DNA of 64,000 bases, from assembly GCF_006345805.1 (NCBI RefSeq), contig NC_043012.1:10416001-10480000 (forward strand), read 5' to 3'. Made by a program: the position numbers and the translations under genes. Under the pieces are notes generated by a model that was given only the letters and a program-made list of their open reading frames with translations, ran no database searches and was not told the DNA's origin. Positions 27,428 through 40,772 of this stretch are shown here, in pieces. Positions within the stretch are counted from its first letter, which is position 1. The number at the start of each line of letters is the position of its first letter. Source of the DNA: Octopus sinensis. Its lineage: Eukaryota.

Positions 27428-27464
27428 TTTTCTGTCGAAGAGCATAGGCTCGAAACGTGAATGA
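27428..27464 (+). ncRNA. Degenerate hammerhead-like motif (core CUGUCGA), same family as 6053-6088
   Basis: CUGUCGA-A-GAGC-AUAG-GCUC-GAAA-CG-UG; the cleavage-site nucleotide is G, so likely inactive. Confidence 0.35.
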
Positions 27465-27819
27465 CTTTCTCTCTTCAGGGCGTGAAACTAATATATTTGT
27501 TGGTTGTTTACACACCCGTCTTCGTCTTTTTTTTCTTTTGTAAATTCTCATTACATAGATACATGCATACATACATATGAGTATACAGGAAATTTTATAC
27601 AAGACAGAATTGACTGGCTTCATCAGAAACACTACAATCGTTTCGACGCATCAGTATCAACTGCTAATAGCTGTATTTTAGAAATATGTACGTTATTGCA
27701 TTAATGTGAGTCAACATTAGCTGTACACCTGCACGTCTCGCAGAGAGTAGGGTCCTGAGCATTGCATTTACAGTAGATATAAGTAAAAGAAATAGCATAT
27801 ATTTAATATATATATATTT

Positions 27820-28016
27820 TTCTTCTTTCAGTAATTTAACTGCGGCTATGCTGGAGCACCGCCCTTAGTTGAACAAATCGACCCCAGGGTTTATTCTTTG
27901 TGATCCTAGTACAAAGAATAAGCTTACGATTCTTTTGCCGAACCGCTAAGTTACGGAGACGTAAACACACCCACATCGGTTGTCAAGGGATGGTGAGTGG
28001 ATAATCATACACACAC

Positions 28017-28071
<55 letters not shown>

Positions 28072-28090
28072 ATATAGATAGATAGATAGA

Positions 28091-28168
<78 letters not shown>

Positions 28169-28257
28169 AGATATACGTACGGCAGGCTTCTTTTAGTTTC
28201 CGTATACCCAATCCACTCACAAGGCTTTGGTAAGACTGAAGCTATAGTAGAAGACAG
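27820..28257 (-). mobile_element. SINE A, lacking most of the head, with expanded internal microsatellite
   Basis: Reverse complement of the family A body and tail (GCTGGAGCACCGCC; TTTTGCCGAACCGCTAAG; ATCCACTCACAAGGC). Confidence 0.85.
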
Positions 28258-29084
28258 AGGTGCATACATATACAAACACGCGCTCACACACACCCATACA
28301 TAGAAAATATACAAACACGGACATCCAAGCACATGAATATGCCGAATACATACATACAGATGCGCACACACACACATACATACATACATACATACATACA
28401 TACATACATACATACATACATACATACATACATACATACATGCATGCATACATGCATAGGGGGACACACACACATGCGCACAAAGAAACAAAAAGGAACG
28501 CTGTGTAAATAACGGACAGAGTCAAGTCTATTGAAAAGATTGCAAGACGCAACGAAAATTTTAGGAAAATATAAATAAGAAATAAATGGAAATTTTACCG
28601 GTGAGTGTGTTAAAATATAAGGCACAAATAGAAAATGACTCTCCCCAGACACAACAGTATATATATATAATCACAAAGGATACGGAGTCTGGTACATTTT
28701 CAAATCTTTCTTTTAAGTTAACAGAGTATATTTATGCGTGACTAGTTTATTTCATTATTCTGCTATGGTTTAAAATACAAAAGGAAAATGAAAGGGAGAT
28801 GTTGAAATCCGATATCGCTATAGAATTTACTTTGTATCTGACCTCTTCACCAGTACAAATTTGAAAATTCTATGCTTTACATTATCTCAAAGTATATCTG
28901 AACATTCTTATGTAGCTTCATCGAAGGAATTCTGTTATTTATAATTAAGATTTTCATATGAAAGATGCAGTTGTTAATAGAATTTTATATTGATTGGAAG
29001 CTACTGTGTCCTATATATATTGTTATGATTTATAAAAAAGATATTCTAGGCTAGTGATAATAACCCTTTCTACTAAAAGCCCAA

Positions 29085-29215
29085 GGCCTGAAATTTGTTA
29101 GGAGGGGATTAGTCGTTTACATCGACCCCAGTGTTTCACTGGTACTTAATTTATCGACCCCGAAAGGACGAAAGCAATTCGAACGCGGTAGAATTTGGAA
29201 CTCAGAACACAAGGC
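29085..29215 (-). mobile_element. SINE B (type-2 tail) fragment
   Basis: AATTTATCGACCCCGAAAGGA and AGGCCTGAAATTT match the third unit of the 30379 cluster. Confidence 0.7.
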
Positions 29216-29794
29216 CAGTGATAATAATACTAACAATAACTATCTGAAAGTTAACCAAACTGTCCCGAGGTTCAATGAAGGTGTCTAGCAGAATATTGTA
29301 AGTTATGCCACTGCACATGCTCCGTGCAGCAGAAACACGTGTCGCTCATTTAACTGAGTAATTATGCTGAATTAAAAGAAAAGTTTGAAGAAGTATAAAT
29401 ATCCGTATTCTTTGTAAATTTTTGGATTTACTGTCCCGAAAATATTCAAAATCCAGCGAAGCGAACATGGGTTTCCCACCAAAGGAATTACAATGGGATT
29501 GCTCAAACTAAGCGATTCTTGTGCTTCTTACTCTCCATGTAGTTAGCCGGAACTTGGCACTATACGTGAGACCTCTATGCGCATGAGTGGTGACGCATGT
29601 GTCAGAACAGGTCAGAAGTCAGGCTGGTTGTCCTGTATGTCAATCAAGTGACAAATTGATGGATGATAGGCCGACGTCTCTGTTTTTTAATGCCATGCGA
29701 TCTGCCAGTAGATCGCGATCGACGTATTGGGCACTCCTGATACACACATACACACATATGTATATATGTATATATATATATATATATAGTCCCA

Positions 29795-30110
29795 GGCGCA
29801 TGGTTCAGTGTTTAGAGCGTAGAGCTTATGATCGTGGGTTCGATTCCCGGACCGGGCTGCATGTTGTGTTCTTGAACAAGACACTTTATTTCACTTTGCT
29901 CCAGTTAAGTCAGCTATAGAAATGAGTTGCCAAGCTGTATCGGCCCCTTTGCCTTTCCCTTGGATAACATCAGTGGTGTGGAGAAAGGAGACTGGTATGC
30001 ATGGGCGACTGGTGGCTTTCCATAAGCAACCTTGCTCGGACTTGTGCCTCGGAAGGTAACTTTCTAAGTGCAATCCCATGGTCATTCATGACCGAAAGGG
30101 GTCTTCTCCT
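29795..30110 (+). mobile_element. tRNA-derived SINE, family D
   Basis: AGGCGCATGGTTCAGTGTTTAGAGCG...GGGTTCGATTCCCGG (A/B boxes), TGTGTTCTTGAACAAGACACTTTATTTCAC body shared with 51565 and 52793. Confidence 0.85.
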
Positions 30111-30378
30111 CCTCCTCATAGCTCAGTTCTAAATGATAAAGGGGAGAGTTCGACATCATCTCAGATCCATTAGCAGTCATCTCGGGCGGCAAGCAATCTT
30201 CATATTTCCGGTAACTTTGCTGAATATATACAATTCTTGCCGGCAAAGGCCACCAACTTCCTGCCTTCCTGGATTCTCGTTCATCTTATATACATACACA
30301 AGTATGTTTCGTAATATTTTGGATTCTGATAATCGTATGTGTTGTCTACATAGAGAGATATTATAATTTATACCTTAA

Positions 30379-30990
30379 GGCGGCGAGGTGGCAGAAAGGT
30401 TAGCGCGCCGGGCGAAGTGCGTAGCCGTATTTCATCTGCCGTTACGAACTGAGTTCAGATTCCGCTGAGGTCGATTTGCCTCTCATCATTTCGGGGTCGA
30501 TAAATTAAGTACCAGTTATGCTCTGGGGTCGATGTAATCGACTTAATCCGTTTGTCTGTCCTTGTTTGTCCCCTCTGTGGTCAGTCCCTTGTGGGTAGTA
30601 AAGAAATAGGTATTTAGTCTGCCGCTACGTTCTGAGTTATTCCGCCGAGGTCGACTCAGCCTTTCATCCTTTCAGGGTCGATTAAATAAGTACCAGTTAC
30701 GCACTGGCGTCGATATAATCGACTTAATCCCTTTGTCTGTCCTTGTCTGTCCCCTCTGTGTTTAGCCCCTTGTGGGCAATAAAGAAATAAGAAACGTTAG
30801 CATGCCAGAAGTTCTTAACTGTATTTTGCCCGTCACTACATTCCGAGTTCAAATTCCGCTGAGGTCGACTTTGCCTTTCATCCTTGCGGGGTTCATAAAT
30901 TAAGTGGCAGTTGCGTACTGGGGTCGGTGAAATCGACTGGCCTCCTCCCCACCCCCAAATTTCAGGCCTTGTGCCTATAATAGAATGGTT
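30379..30990 (+). mobile_element. Head-to-tail trimer of SINE B units
   Basis: Three successive GAGGTCGA..TGCCT(T)TCATC.TT..GGGGTCGAT blocks; units start at 30379, 30611 and 30791. Confidence 0.9.
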
Positions 30991-31189
30991 TATAGTCTAT
31001 ACCAGATTCTTTAGACATTGGATTCTGGAAATTTAATGCTTCATTTATTTTATTTTTTAATTGTTCTGTTCAAGTTATTCAATTTATGATGGTAGTTTTG
31101 CAATGAGCGGTATGGACTTACATCCTAATTTAACGATATAGGATATATACGTTGCATCTTTCTCTCTCTCTCAGTTTCTATCCATCCAG

Positions 31190-31256
<67 letters not shown>

Positions 31257-32284
31257 ACTATCTATCTATCTATCTATCTCTCTATCTATCTATCTCTCTC
31301 TCCATAAATATATATATATATCACTCTCTCCCACTCGTTCTCACTCTTTGTGTGTATATATACATATACACAGACACACATATACATAGGGTGCTCTGCA
31401 GATGTATGGGTATACGTGAGTGTATGTTTGTAAATGTATGTATGCATCTGTTTTTATGCTAGTGTGTGAGAGAGAGTGTGTGTGTGTTTGTATCTGTGCG
31501 TGTAACAGAATCATAATGCTTCTTATCGATACTTGCATTGAAACAATTTTGTTCTATACTGGTGAGTAATAGAATTCGCTCTTACCAAAGATAGAGAAAG
31601 ATACAGGTACCGAAACAAATGATCGACAATGCTTACTATTATTAGTTTCTTTCTTTCTTTCTTATTTATTTATTTATTTATTTTCTGCAGAATCTTTTTC
31701 CATGAAAGAAAAAAAAAAATTGAAACCTTAATTGCACAAGCATAGACATTTCCAGCTGGCAGCGGTGCACGGTCAAAGAGATTAATTCTGATTGGACAAG
31801 CTCTGAGAAAATCTCAAATAGAAGTAGTCGATCTTTTGTATCACAAATCTAAAGCTACAAAGCCTTATCTCGTTGAAGAAGATTTGAGAAGGACATACAT
31901 TTGCCAAGTTAATGAGAAGCTAGCCATTTTCAATATCAGATTTAGCGAAGCAGTTGACAGGGCTATGAATATGGACAATCGGTGAAAGCCGATTATCCTG
32001 TGCTGAGTGCACAAGAATTATTGTCACTGTGGAGAGTGATGAAGAAGGAGCAGTGGATGTGAGTACATTCTGTGCAAAATACCGATAACTTGTTTCTGAT
32101 AGGCCGTTATGAAATTAAAATTTCACATAGTATCTTGATAGCCTTGAGGAAAAGCGTGTACGGCGCAGATAATGTTTCCCGTAACCTACAGAATTTCTGA
32201 AGAAATTTCTTTAGAAGTTATTCTTTAGAATTCCATGGAAATCTGTCATTTATCTACGACGACAATATTAGATTGCATCATTTC

Positions 32285-32352
<68 letters not shown>

Positions 32353-32624
32353 GTATATGTATATATGTGTGTGTATAATATATATATATATATCTGTGTG
32401 TGCATATTTGTTATTGTGTCAAGTTATATGTTAAATGAATTTTACATTAAGCTAAAAGGTTATTCAATAAAGTATAAGTTTTATCAACTTTAGAAAAAAG
32501 AAACATTGCTAGTGACTTCGAAGTTTTGGCTTACTCCATGAAGATGAGCAAGTCGAAACAACGAGGTAAGTTTCAAACTTTTTCCTTGTGTAAAAGTTTA
32601 TATGTACACATACATATATATATA

Positions 32625-32665
<41 letters not shown>

Positions 32666-33769
32666 TATATATATATTATATATATATATATATATACACG
32701 AATACATGCATACAAATATTGTATGTTTGCTTTCAACTACGGCCGTCAATCGCAGGTGTGTATGACTAGATAGTAATATCATTCTTTTACTATTTGTTTT
32801 AGGTTTCCTTTCACCCCTCCCACACTTCACCCCTCCATAATATGTAGAAGGACAAGTGAAAAGACAGAAAGAGAGAAAGTTGGAGAGAGAGAGAAAGAGA
32901 GCATATGAAGTTGAACAGCTCCTATTTCGTTTTCGACCCTGATAAGATGAAATGTATAATGAGCGCCACCACGATTTGAACCCAGTGCACAGATACCTGG
33001 AGCTAATATCGCATTATATTGTGTCCAACGATTGAACAACTCTGCCACAGGATTGTGTATATTTTACTATACCTAAACTGTACATATACTGTCCTATACT
33101 ATAGGGATATGATTATCTCTGTTGTGTGGTGGTTGAGATTTATTGTTCTTCGTCCAACATAAAGTGTGTCATTCGTGCTAACTACAGCTATTTTCTTATA
33201 TATATTATACTAAAGTATGACCACTTCCTTGCTGTTTATTTTTCGTTAGCGCCATTTTTATCACACCCAGACAACTACATATCATTGATGTCGTGTTTTC
33301 TCGCATATCGCACGATTTGCTTATTTCTTTTTATGATATTCTTCTTTGAAGGCATTCTTACTTCCTTCCGAACGATATTTTGGTCAGAAGCAATCAAAGT
33401 GCATATGAAATTTCTTGATGCATTTAGTTAACATTGTTTACTTTGGTTTCTCTATCAGTCTGGACAGGCATGTCTGCAAGTGTGGCAGCCATGTCGTTTT
33501 AACTTACCGGATTTTGTGCGTGCTTATCAAATTTATTTTAAGATTTCATGTGAAAGAGTCTCCTCAAGGCTACTTATTCACTCATCTGTCGTGTGAATAT
33601 ATATTGTCCTAGCGATGACTGTCCGCTCGGAAATAATTTCTTTCTTTCATGTTTTTGATATGTTGCGTTTATAGCTTTTATCCTCTACATGTACGATAAT
33701 ATATGGGTATACATACATATATACATATGTATATATGTATGTATGTATGTAAGTATGTATGTATGTATG

Positions 33770-33808
<39 letters not shown>

Positions 33809-33977
33809 TAAATTAGAGATAAAACCACTATTAGGCAACTCCAACAGTGATAGACATAAACCAATACATAAATAACAAAAAATATATTAATATAATATAT
33901 AATATATATATAAAATATAGAAATTAAAATTGAAATTATTTAATCTTTTATTTTTTTAAAAATTTGGATATTCTCCC

Positions 33978-34017
<40 letters not shown>

Positions 34018-34021
34018 TATA

Positions 34022-34082
<61 letters not shown>

Positions 34083-34084
<2 letters not shown>

Positions 34085-34914
34085 CAATATTATTTTATTC
34101 ACTTCGATTTACATGTTTACGTTTTTATCATCTTCAAAGTATTCTCCATAGGAAGCAATGTTCGAAGCAGTGAAGGAACACTTGCCAAGTGATGCCTGTT
34201 AACACATTCGTCGCTAGTTTCTTCCCCTCTTCCACATTTGAAAATTCCATAGCACCAGCATTTCGTCACCAGTGATGACCTTCCAAATAAGGTCCGGAAC
34301 AACTACCAAATGTTTACAGTTCACGACACGATCTTCCAGGAGCAAGTGAGTTACAAATTTTATTGCAACATTTTCATTCCCAATTCTTCGCTCAAAATTC
34401 GCTGGCAAGTGCTTCAGGGCACACCAGTCATATCCAACAAATTAAGCAATTATTCGGTGATGGTCCTCCAAGATCAGTTCATGAATTTTCATAATGTTTT
34501 CTTTCGTTCGGGAGGTTGATGGTCGCCCTGAAAGAGTTTGGTCTTCAAGCGACAAGCGACCATTCCTAAAGCGTGAAAACTAGTAGTAGACTTGTGTTTT
34601 TTTTTTTATGGCACTGCATCTTTATAAGCAATTTGAAGCATGATAACTTTTCGACCGCTGTTTTCCCCAGCTGAAAACAAAATTTCACGGAAATACGCTG
34701 TTTATCTTGTTTCGCCCATCGCAAAAGTCGAGGAACAGTGGAGAAGAACTACAAAAGTAAGACACGCCACTTGGCAGTATAACTTAACGCGACAACGCCG
34801 ATCGGAAGACTGATGCCTGAAAGTCGAATCAAGTGGTTTCTAGCAGCGGAAGCTTTAATTACAATGGGCTTGTCCCACAGTGAACATTTCCGTTTACTTT
34901 TGGGTACCTCCTCG
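34083..34914 (-). mobile_element. Internally deleted mariner transposon (transposase pseudogene)
   Basis: Starts at TA|CGAGGAGGTACCC. Minus-strand pieces QRISVKFCFQLGKTA, SRFRNGRLSLED, SGRPSTSRT, STCQRILSEELGM, KVITGDE and a C-terminal SYGEYFEDD. Confidence 0.88.
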
Positions 34915-35011
<97 letters not shown>

Positions 35012-35034
35012 CACATATATAAATAGCACAAGTA

Positions 35035-35195
35035 GGCGCAGGAGCGGCTGAGTAGTAAATAGCTTGCTTACCAACCACATGGTTCCGGGTTCAGTCCCAC
35101 TGCGTGGCACCTTGTGCAAATGCCCTCTCCTATAGCCTCAGGCCGACCAAAGCCTTCTGAGTAGATTTGTTAGACGGAAACTGAAAAACCCCGTC

Positions 35196-35279
<84 letters not shown>

Positions 35280-35490
35280 TGTGTGTGTTTGTGTGTCAGT
35301 GTTTCTTCCACCAACATTGCTTGACAACCGATGCTGGTGTGTTTATGTCCCCGTACCTTAGCGGTTCCGCAAAAGAGACTGATAGAATAAGTACTGGGCT
35401 TACAAAGAATAAGTCCTGGGGTCGATTTGCTCGACTAAAGGCGCTGCTCCAGCATGGCCGCAGTCTATTGACTGAAACAAGTAAAAGAGT
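35035..35490 (+). mobile_element. SINE A, full length
   Basis: Homologous end to end with 16387-16812. Confidence 0.9.
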
Positions 35491-35789
35491 ACTAGTTATA
35501 AAATTTCGAGGAGAGACAGAGTAGCATCGTATACTAAACGGTAAAGCGAGTAACCATTTCAAAGTGGCAGATGAATGATACTACTTGTTTAATTCCGGGC
35601 GTATTCTCCACTAACTGGTTTTCGGTGCAAGCTCTGCACACTTTATATTTAACAAATCGCAGCAGAGAGAGAGACTCTTCTACTCTCCAGCAGCTTAATA
35701 GCTCGAAACTGGCCGGTCCCGCGATCCTGTCAGCTACTGAAAGTAGCAGGGGTTCGCTCTCCCTGCTAGAGATATATTCTTTTCTTTTC

Positions 35790-36192
35790 TACTCTAGGCA
35801 CAAGGCCCGAAATTTTGTGGGAGGAGCCAGTCGTTTAGTTCGACCCCAGTACGCAATTGGTGCTTAATTTATCGACCCCGAAAGGATGAAAGGCAAAGTT
35901 AACCTAGGCGGAATTGGAACTCGGAACGTAAAGACAGACGAAATAACTCTAAGCATTTTTCCCGGCGTGCTAACGTTTCTTATTTTCTATTGCCCACAAT
36001 GGGCTAAACGTAGAGGGGACAAACAAGGACAGACAAATTATATCGACCCCAGTGCGTAACTGATACTTAATTTATCGACCCCGAAAGGATGAAAGGCAAA
36101 GTCGACCTCAGCGGAATATGAACTCAGAACGTAAAGACAGGCGAAATACTGCTAAGCATTTCTCCCGGCGTGCTAACGTTTCTGTCAGCTCG
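35790..36192 (-). mobile_element. SINE B dimer (type-1 unit followed by type-2 unit)
   Basis: Two AATTTATCGACCCCGAAAGGATGAAAGGCAAAGT blocks about 200 bp apart. Confidence 0.88.
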
Positions 36193-37279
36193 TTGCTTCC
36201 CTGTTAGAGATATATTGTATATAAAGGGCGCAGAGCTTGCACCGAAAACCAGCTGGCGGATATTCCGCCTGGGTTAAACTAGCAGTAACATCCATCTGCC
36301 AATTTGACGTGTCTTATCGCTTTACTGTTTATAAATATAAGCAGCTAAAATTAGATACTCTTCGTACTTTACCCATTTTACCGGGTTTGGCCATTTATAC
36401 TACGTGTTCATTGTAGCTAGTTTTTCTTTCAAATTTTACTGAAATATTTCTCCAGTCCTTTGAATTCGCATATTTCTGTTGCTTTATATTTTCACTCGTT
36501 TTTATGTTGCTTTGCTTTCGAATTTCCTTTAGTTTCCTTCTGTTAAGAGTTATGATATCATTCTTGGCTCATATGAACAGATACCGCTTTTCTAGGGGAC
36601 GTGTGTTCTTGTGTGTGTGTGTGCGTGTGCGTGTGTGTGTGTGTGTATGTATATTTTCAGACTTGTGTATTTTACTAACTAGTTACATGTTTCATTTCGC
36701 AAAGCCATTGTAATGTAGGGTACGTTGAAATATATGAACTGAAGAGTGAAATATGAATTATTTACTTCGTTTTCGTATCTGGTCTGTAAGGTTATTTATG
36801 CGAATTCGTGAGTTGAAGCGAATTATGTTGTGTCTGGGGAGCGTTATATTGTCTTAATGCTTTATTATCTAACGTGCTCACCGCTTCAACATCCATTGAC
36901 GAGGGGAATGAGTTAGATAATAAGGCATTAAATCATGTCTTTTCCCAGACACAACATAACTTTTTACACACTCACATATTTATATATAGGTGTACAAACG
37001 CACATGTATAGTGTGTGGGGGGTTTACATCAATGAAATTTGTTCATAGGAAGTTTGTTTATTTCATATGTAGTACTCAATATATAACACAAGTGTAGATT
37101 TGGTTTTACGATAGTCTTCGGGCACTGACAGTCAAGCGAAGATCTAGATGATAATGGTGAAGACGATTTTATACGTACATACATAATTCATACATGCATA
37201 TATACATACGTACGAACGTTCGTACATACATACATACATACATACGTACGTGTGTGTGTGTGTGAATATGTATAAAGGT

Positions 37280-37525
37280 TCAAATGGCGTTCCTGGGCCA
37301 TGGGACCGTAAGGACGATTACCCGGATTCTGTAGTGTATTTATTCCCTGGTCGGGATGCCGGTCTATAGCAGGATTTTTCATTTTGTCATTTTGCCAGCT
37401 GAGTGTACCGCACCAACTTGAGATAAAGTCTTTTGCTCAGATATTCAACGGATTACCCGGTCTAGGAATTGAAATCAGAACCTTACGATCATGAGTGTGA
37501 TACTCTAACCACCAAACTACGCTCT
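37280..37525 (-). mobile_element. SINE D, diverged
   Basis: Reverse complement has a tRNA-like head (GGTGGTTAGAGTATC...GGTTCTGATTTCAATTCC) and the family D body. Confidence 0.6.
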
Positions 37526-39281
37526 TACACACACACACACTCATGATATATATGTAGGGTACACAGATAGATACCTAGGTTTAAAAATCTTGGATTCCCT
37601 GTAATAAAGATCACGGCTTCTGAAATTGGTCTTTAAAGACATCTGCGGTGACTATAATGCTGAGATGAGCGAATGAAATCTTTGTAGAACACGAGGAGTA
37701 AATATAGTTTGCATTTATGATTCCCTGTTTTACAAGTAAACAAAATCGCTGTATTATGTAGACTGGTCGTCACACACCTATCAGTATGCCTTATCTTGTA
37801 TGTGGCGTACAAAATATACGGTTTTTTTTTAAATGAACAAAGCAGAGAAACAAATTCTGACCGAAAATTCCTGGTCTTTTCGATGTCATCGCATTGCAAC
37901 AAAGAACATTCTGAAATATCTCTTTTAATCCATTTTTATAATGGATGGTAGATGCTTCTTGCAAAAACTGAAGATTATTCAATAGTTGTTTCTAATTAAA
38001 GTACATTTTGAAGAAAATGTTGAAGCCATTTTGAAGGAAAGGGATTAGTCGATTTCATCGGTCTCAGTTCTTGACGAGTACTTTGTTTTAATGACCCAGA
38101 AAATATGGAAGGTAAGTTGACTTCGGCGGAATTTGAACCCAGAACATAAAACGATAAATAAGCCTGTAAGAACATATATAAAAATTACAGAATTGAAATG
38201 GAAATAAAAATAATAAAAAGATAAAATTTTAAAAAATGAAGCCTAAAATTTTAATTTCTTCCTATCCATAGCAACAGATTTTTAATGAATAAAATTAAAA
38301 TTAAATTATCTTTATCGAAAAATCCGGCTCTGACCGACAAAAATCCAGATCTTCGCATGTGAAGTGAATTCAGTGTTGTTATATGATCGATGGTGTTGCT
38401 GTTATCACCTGATTCGCTGTTTCATTTATTGTAAGTGTTTTTTTTTTTTTAATTAATCTTGACATTGAAAATATTTAAAAAAATCCCCTCTCGGCATTGC
38501 ATTCAGTGAGACTAAGAAAACATATCGGCAATATTCCTAAGAATATCTGAAATTTGGATTCACAGCTGCCGCTTATAACGAATTTATGCTTCTGCTTTTG
38601 TTCTGTAAAAAACAGTCATTTTGTTATTATTCAATAAAACAACCCTAAAATGCAATATCTTTTAAAGGAGATGCATTCGTTGTGATAAAACACATAAAAC
38701 GATGTTCAATATTTTAATGCATTGAAAGAAAAATTGTGAATGTTCCGTTCAATGAACGTGGGGTGTTAGCATCTTATAAAATTTCCTTACTTATTGCTAA
38801 ACAAAGCAAAAAGGTAAAAAAGGGAAAACCCCTATATCTTTGGAGAAGAGATTAGCGTGTTCTCTGTAAGAAAAATAACGGAAAATATTTGACAAAAAAG
38901 TGTAGTTCCGGTATTAAAGCATATTTCATTAAGTAATGGCAAAGTACAACAGTAACGATAAACCGGTAGCAAAGGATTGAAAAATATTTATTACAGAATT
39001 ACAAAATAAAAAAATTAGATTTTCATGTGCATGAGTCGACATCTGGCAGTGAGAACATTGTTATAGTCTAAGAGTACGATACTAAAGTCTTGTAAGAATT
39101 ATGCTATTGACCAATTTCTGTTTTGTTAACTAAAATAAACAAAAAGCAAAAGCCAAATGAAGTAAAAAAAGAACTGGTAGTTTCAACAGTTTCGACATGT
39201 CTGTATAAATAAAAATTACACCAGAATTAACAATATTACTGCTAGAGTTTGTGATGATACATTAGCGATAATAAGGTTTTC

Positions 39282-39518
39282 AAAGGCGGCGAGCTGGCAG
39301 AAACGGTAGCACGTCGAACGAAATGCGTAGCCGTATTTCGTCTGCCGTTACGTTCTGAGCTTAAATTCCGTCGAGGTCGACTTTGCCTTTCATCCTTTCG
39401 GGGTCGATAAATTAATTACCAGTTACGCACTGGGGTCGATATAATCGTCTTAATCCGTTTGTCTGTCTTTGTTTGTCCTCCTCTCTGCGTTTAGCCCCTC
39501 GTGAGTATCAAAGAAGCA
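39282..39518 (+). mobile_element. SINE B monomer with 15-bp TSD
   Basis: Flanked by GATAATAAGGTTTTC at 39267-39281 and 39519-39533. Confidence 0.92.
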
Positions 39519-40103
39519 GATAATAAGGTTTTCGGTTTTGGCAGAAGAAATTCCCAATTCATTTATAATATATTTTGCTCTGCATAGGATGCATCTCGTT
39601 GCTGAAAACTTCAATGATGAATTACATGACTATTTAAAGATGTGCATTAGAATAATTAATACAATTACACTAAAAGCCCACAAGTTTAGGCATTTTTATG
39701 AATTTGTGTAGAGAAACTGATGACAATTTTACTGATCTGATCCTTCATACTGAAATGATTATCGACAGAAAGTTACATAATCTGGTACATTAAGTCAAAC
39801 GTACCCAATGAAATCACATAAGTAGTAAAATAAATAACTATATATATTTTTTATTATACTTTGACTTAAATGTAAAAAAGCTTAAGCTATTTATTGATCC
39901 AATTCTGTCAATAGTGAAATGAAGAATTTATATCATGTATCCTGTTTATATTAGTCGGACTCGTGTCTTCATCTTGATTGTTGCTTTTCGCTACGTTTTT
40001 GCTGTTGTTCACTCCAGCCTTCTTTAGGTGTCTTGTGTTAAACTCGGTTGCTATCCGAATTTTGAACCCCACCATTTATTTGATCCACGAGGGTACATTG
40101 TTT

Positions 40104-40518
40104 GGGTCTTTTCGGTTTGAACGGCAGTTTTTTCTAGCGGTGTCATATGAAATTGTCATCCATAATTATGACCCTAGTATCGATCTATTGCATTTCAATC
40201 TGTTTTAGGGTTAGGGTTAGGGGTGGGGGGAGGGTATCTTTTTTCTTCACAAATGTAAATAAACCCAATCTTTTTCTTAAACGAGGAACATATGCATACG
40301 GCACAGAATGTTTTTTTTACCTCAATGGACGTCAGTGATTGGTTGAAATGGCAGAAATTGAAGAAAAAAAACAAATATCTTACAAACTATAGAATTTTCT
40401 CAATAAAGCCAAGAGAAAAAGATGTTTTATAAACACATTCTATCAGTATACGAAGTTTAAAATTTTTTAGTTACCTAGAAATTATGTTAAAAACTGCCGT
40501 TCAAAGCGAAAAGATCCC
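40104..40518. mobile_element. MITE with ~30-bp TIRs and internal (TTAGGG)3
   Basis: GGGTCTTTTCGGTTTGAACGGCAGTTTTT ... AAAAACTGCCGTTCAAAGCGAAAAGATCCC. Confidence 0.8.
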
Positions 40519-40551
40519 ATTGCTTTCATCTCTCTCTCTGCGTTTCGTGCA

Positions 40552-40772
40552 TTTTTTTCTTCAGATAAATTTTTGTGAATTACGTTAGTGCCTTGCCTGA
40601 GATTGAAATCAGAACTTCCAGGCGGCTATACTGCATTAAACAACGTCGTCATTTACGGGCATAACATAACAGGTAACTACGTTGGTTAACGCAGTGTAGT
40701 CGCCTGGAAGTTCTGAGTTCAATCTCAGGCAAGGCACTAAGGTAATTCACGCAAAATCAACTGAAGCAAAAA
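40552..40772. repeat. Foldback: 72-bp core arms (40575-40646 / 40679-40750), 32-nt spacer; arms resemble a tRNA 3' half
   Basis: 6 mismatches in 72 bp by manual alignment; arms contain the T-arm/B-box CTGAG-TTCAAT-CTCAG. Confidence 0.85.

Noticed and set aside
31746-31985. 79-codon open frame after a possible acceptor (TTTCCAG)
   Set aside because: No recognisable homology, no start, no partner exons; could be chance or decayed transposon.
36255-36282. Hairpin GGCGGA-TAT-TCCGCC followed by CTAG (Helitron-like 3' end)
   Set aside because: CTAG is followed by C rather than T and no matching 5' TC terminus was identified.
40205-40222. (TTAGGG)3 telomere-like repeat
   Set aside because: Only three units, inside a TIR-bounded MITE; not a telomere or fusion site.
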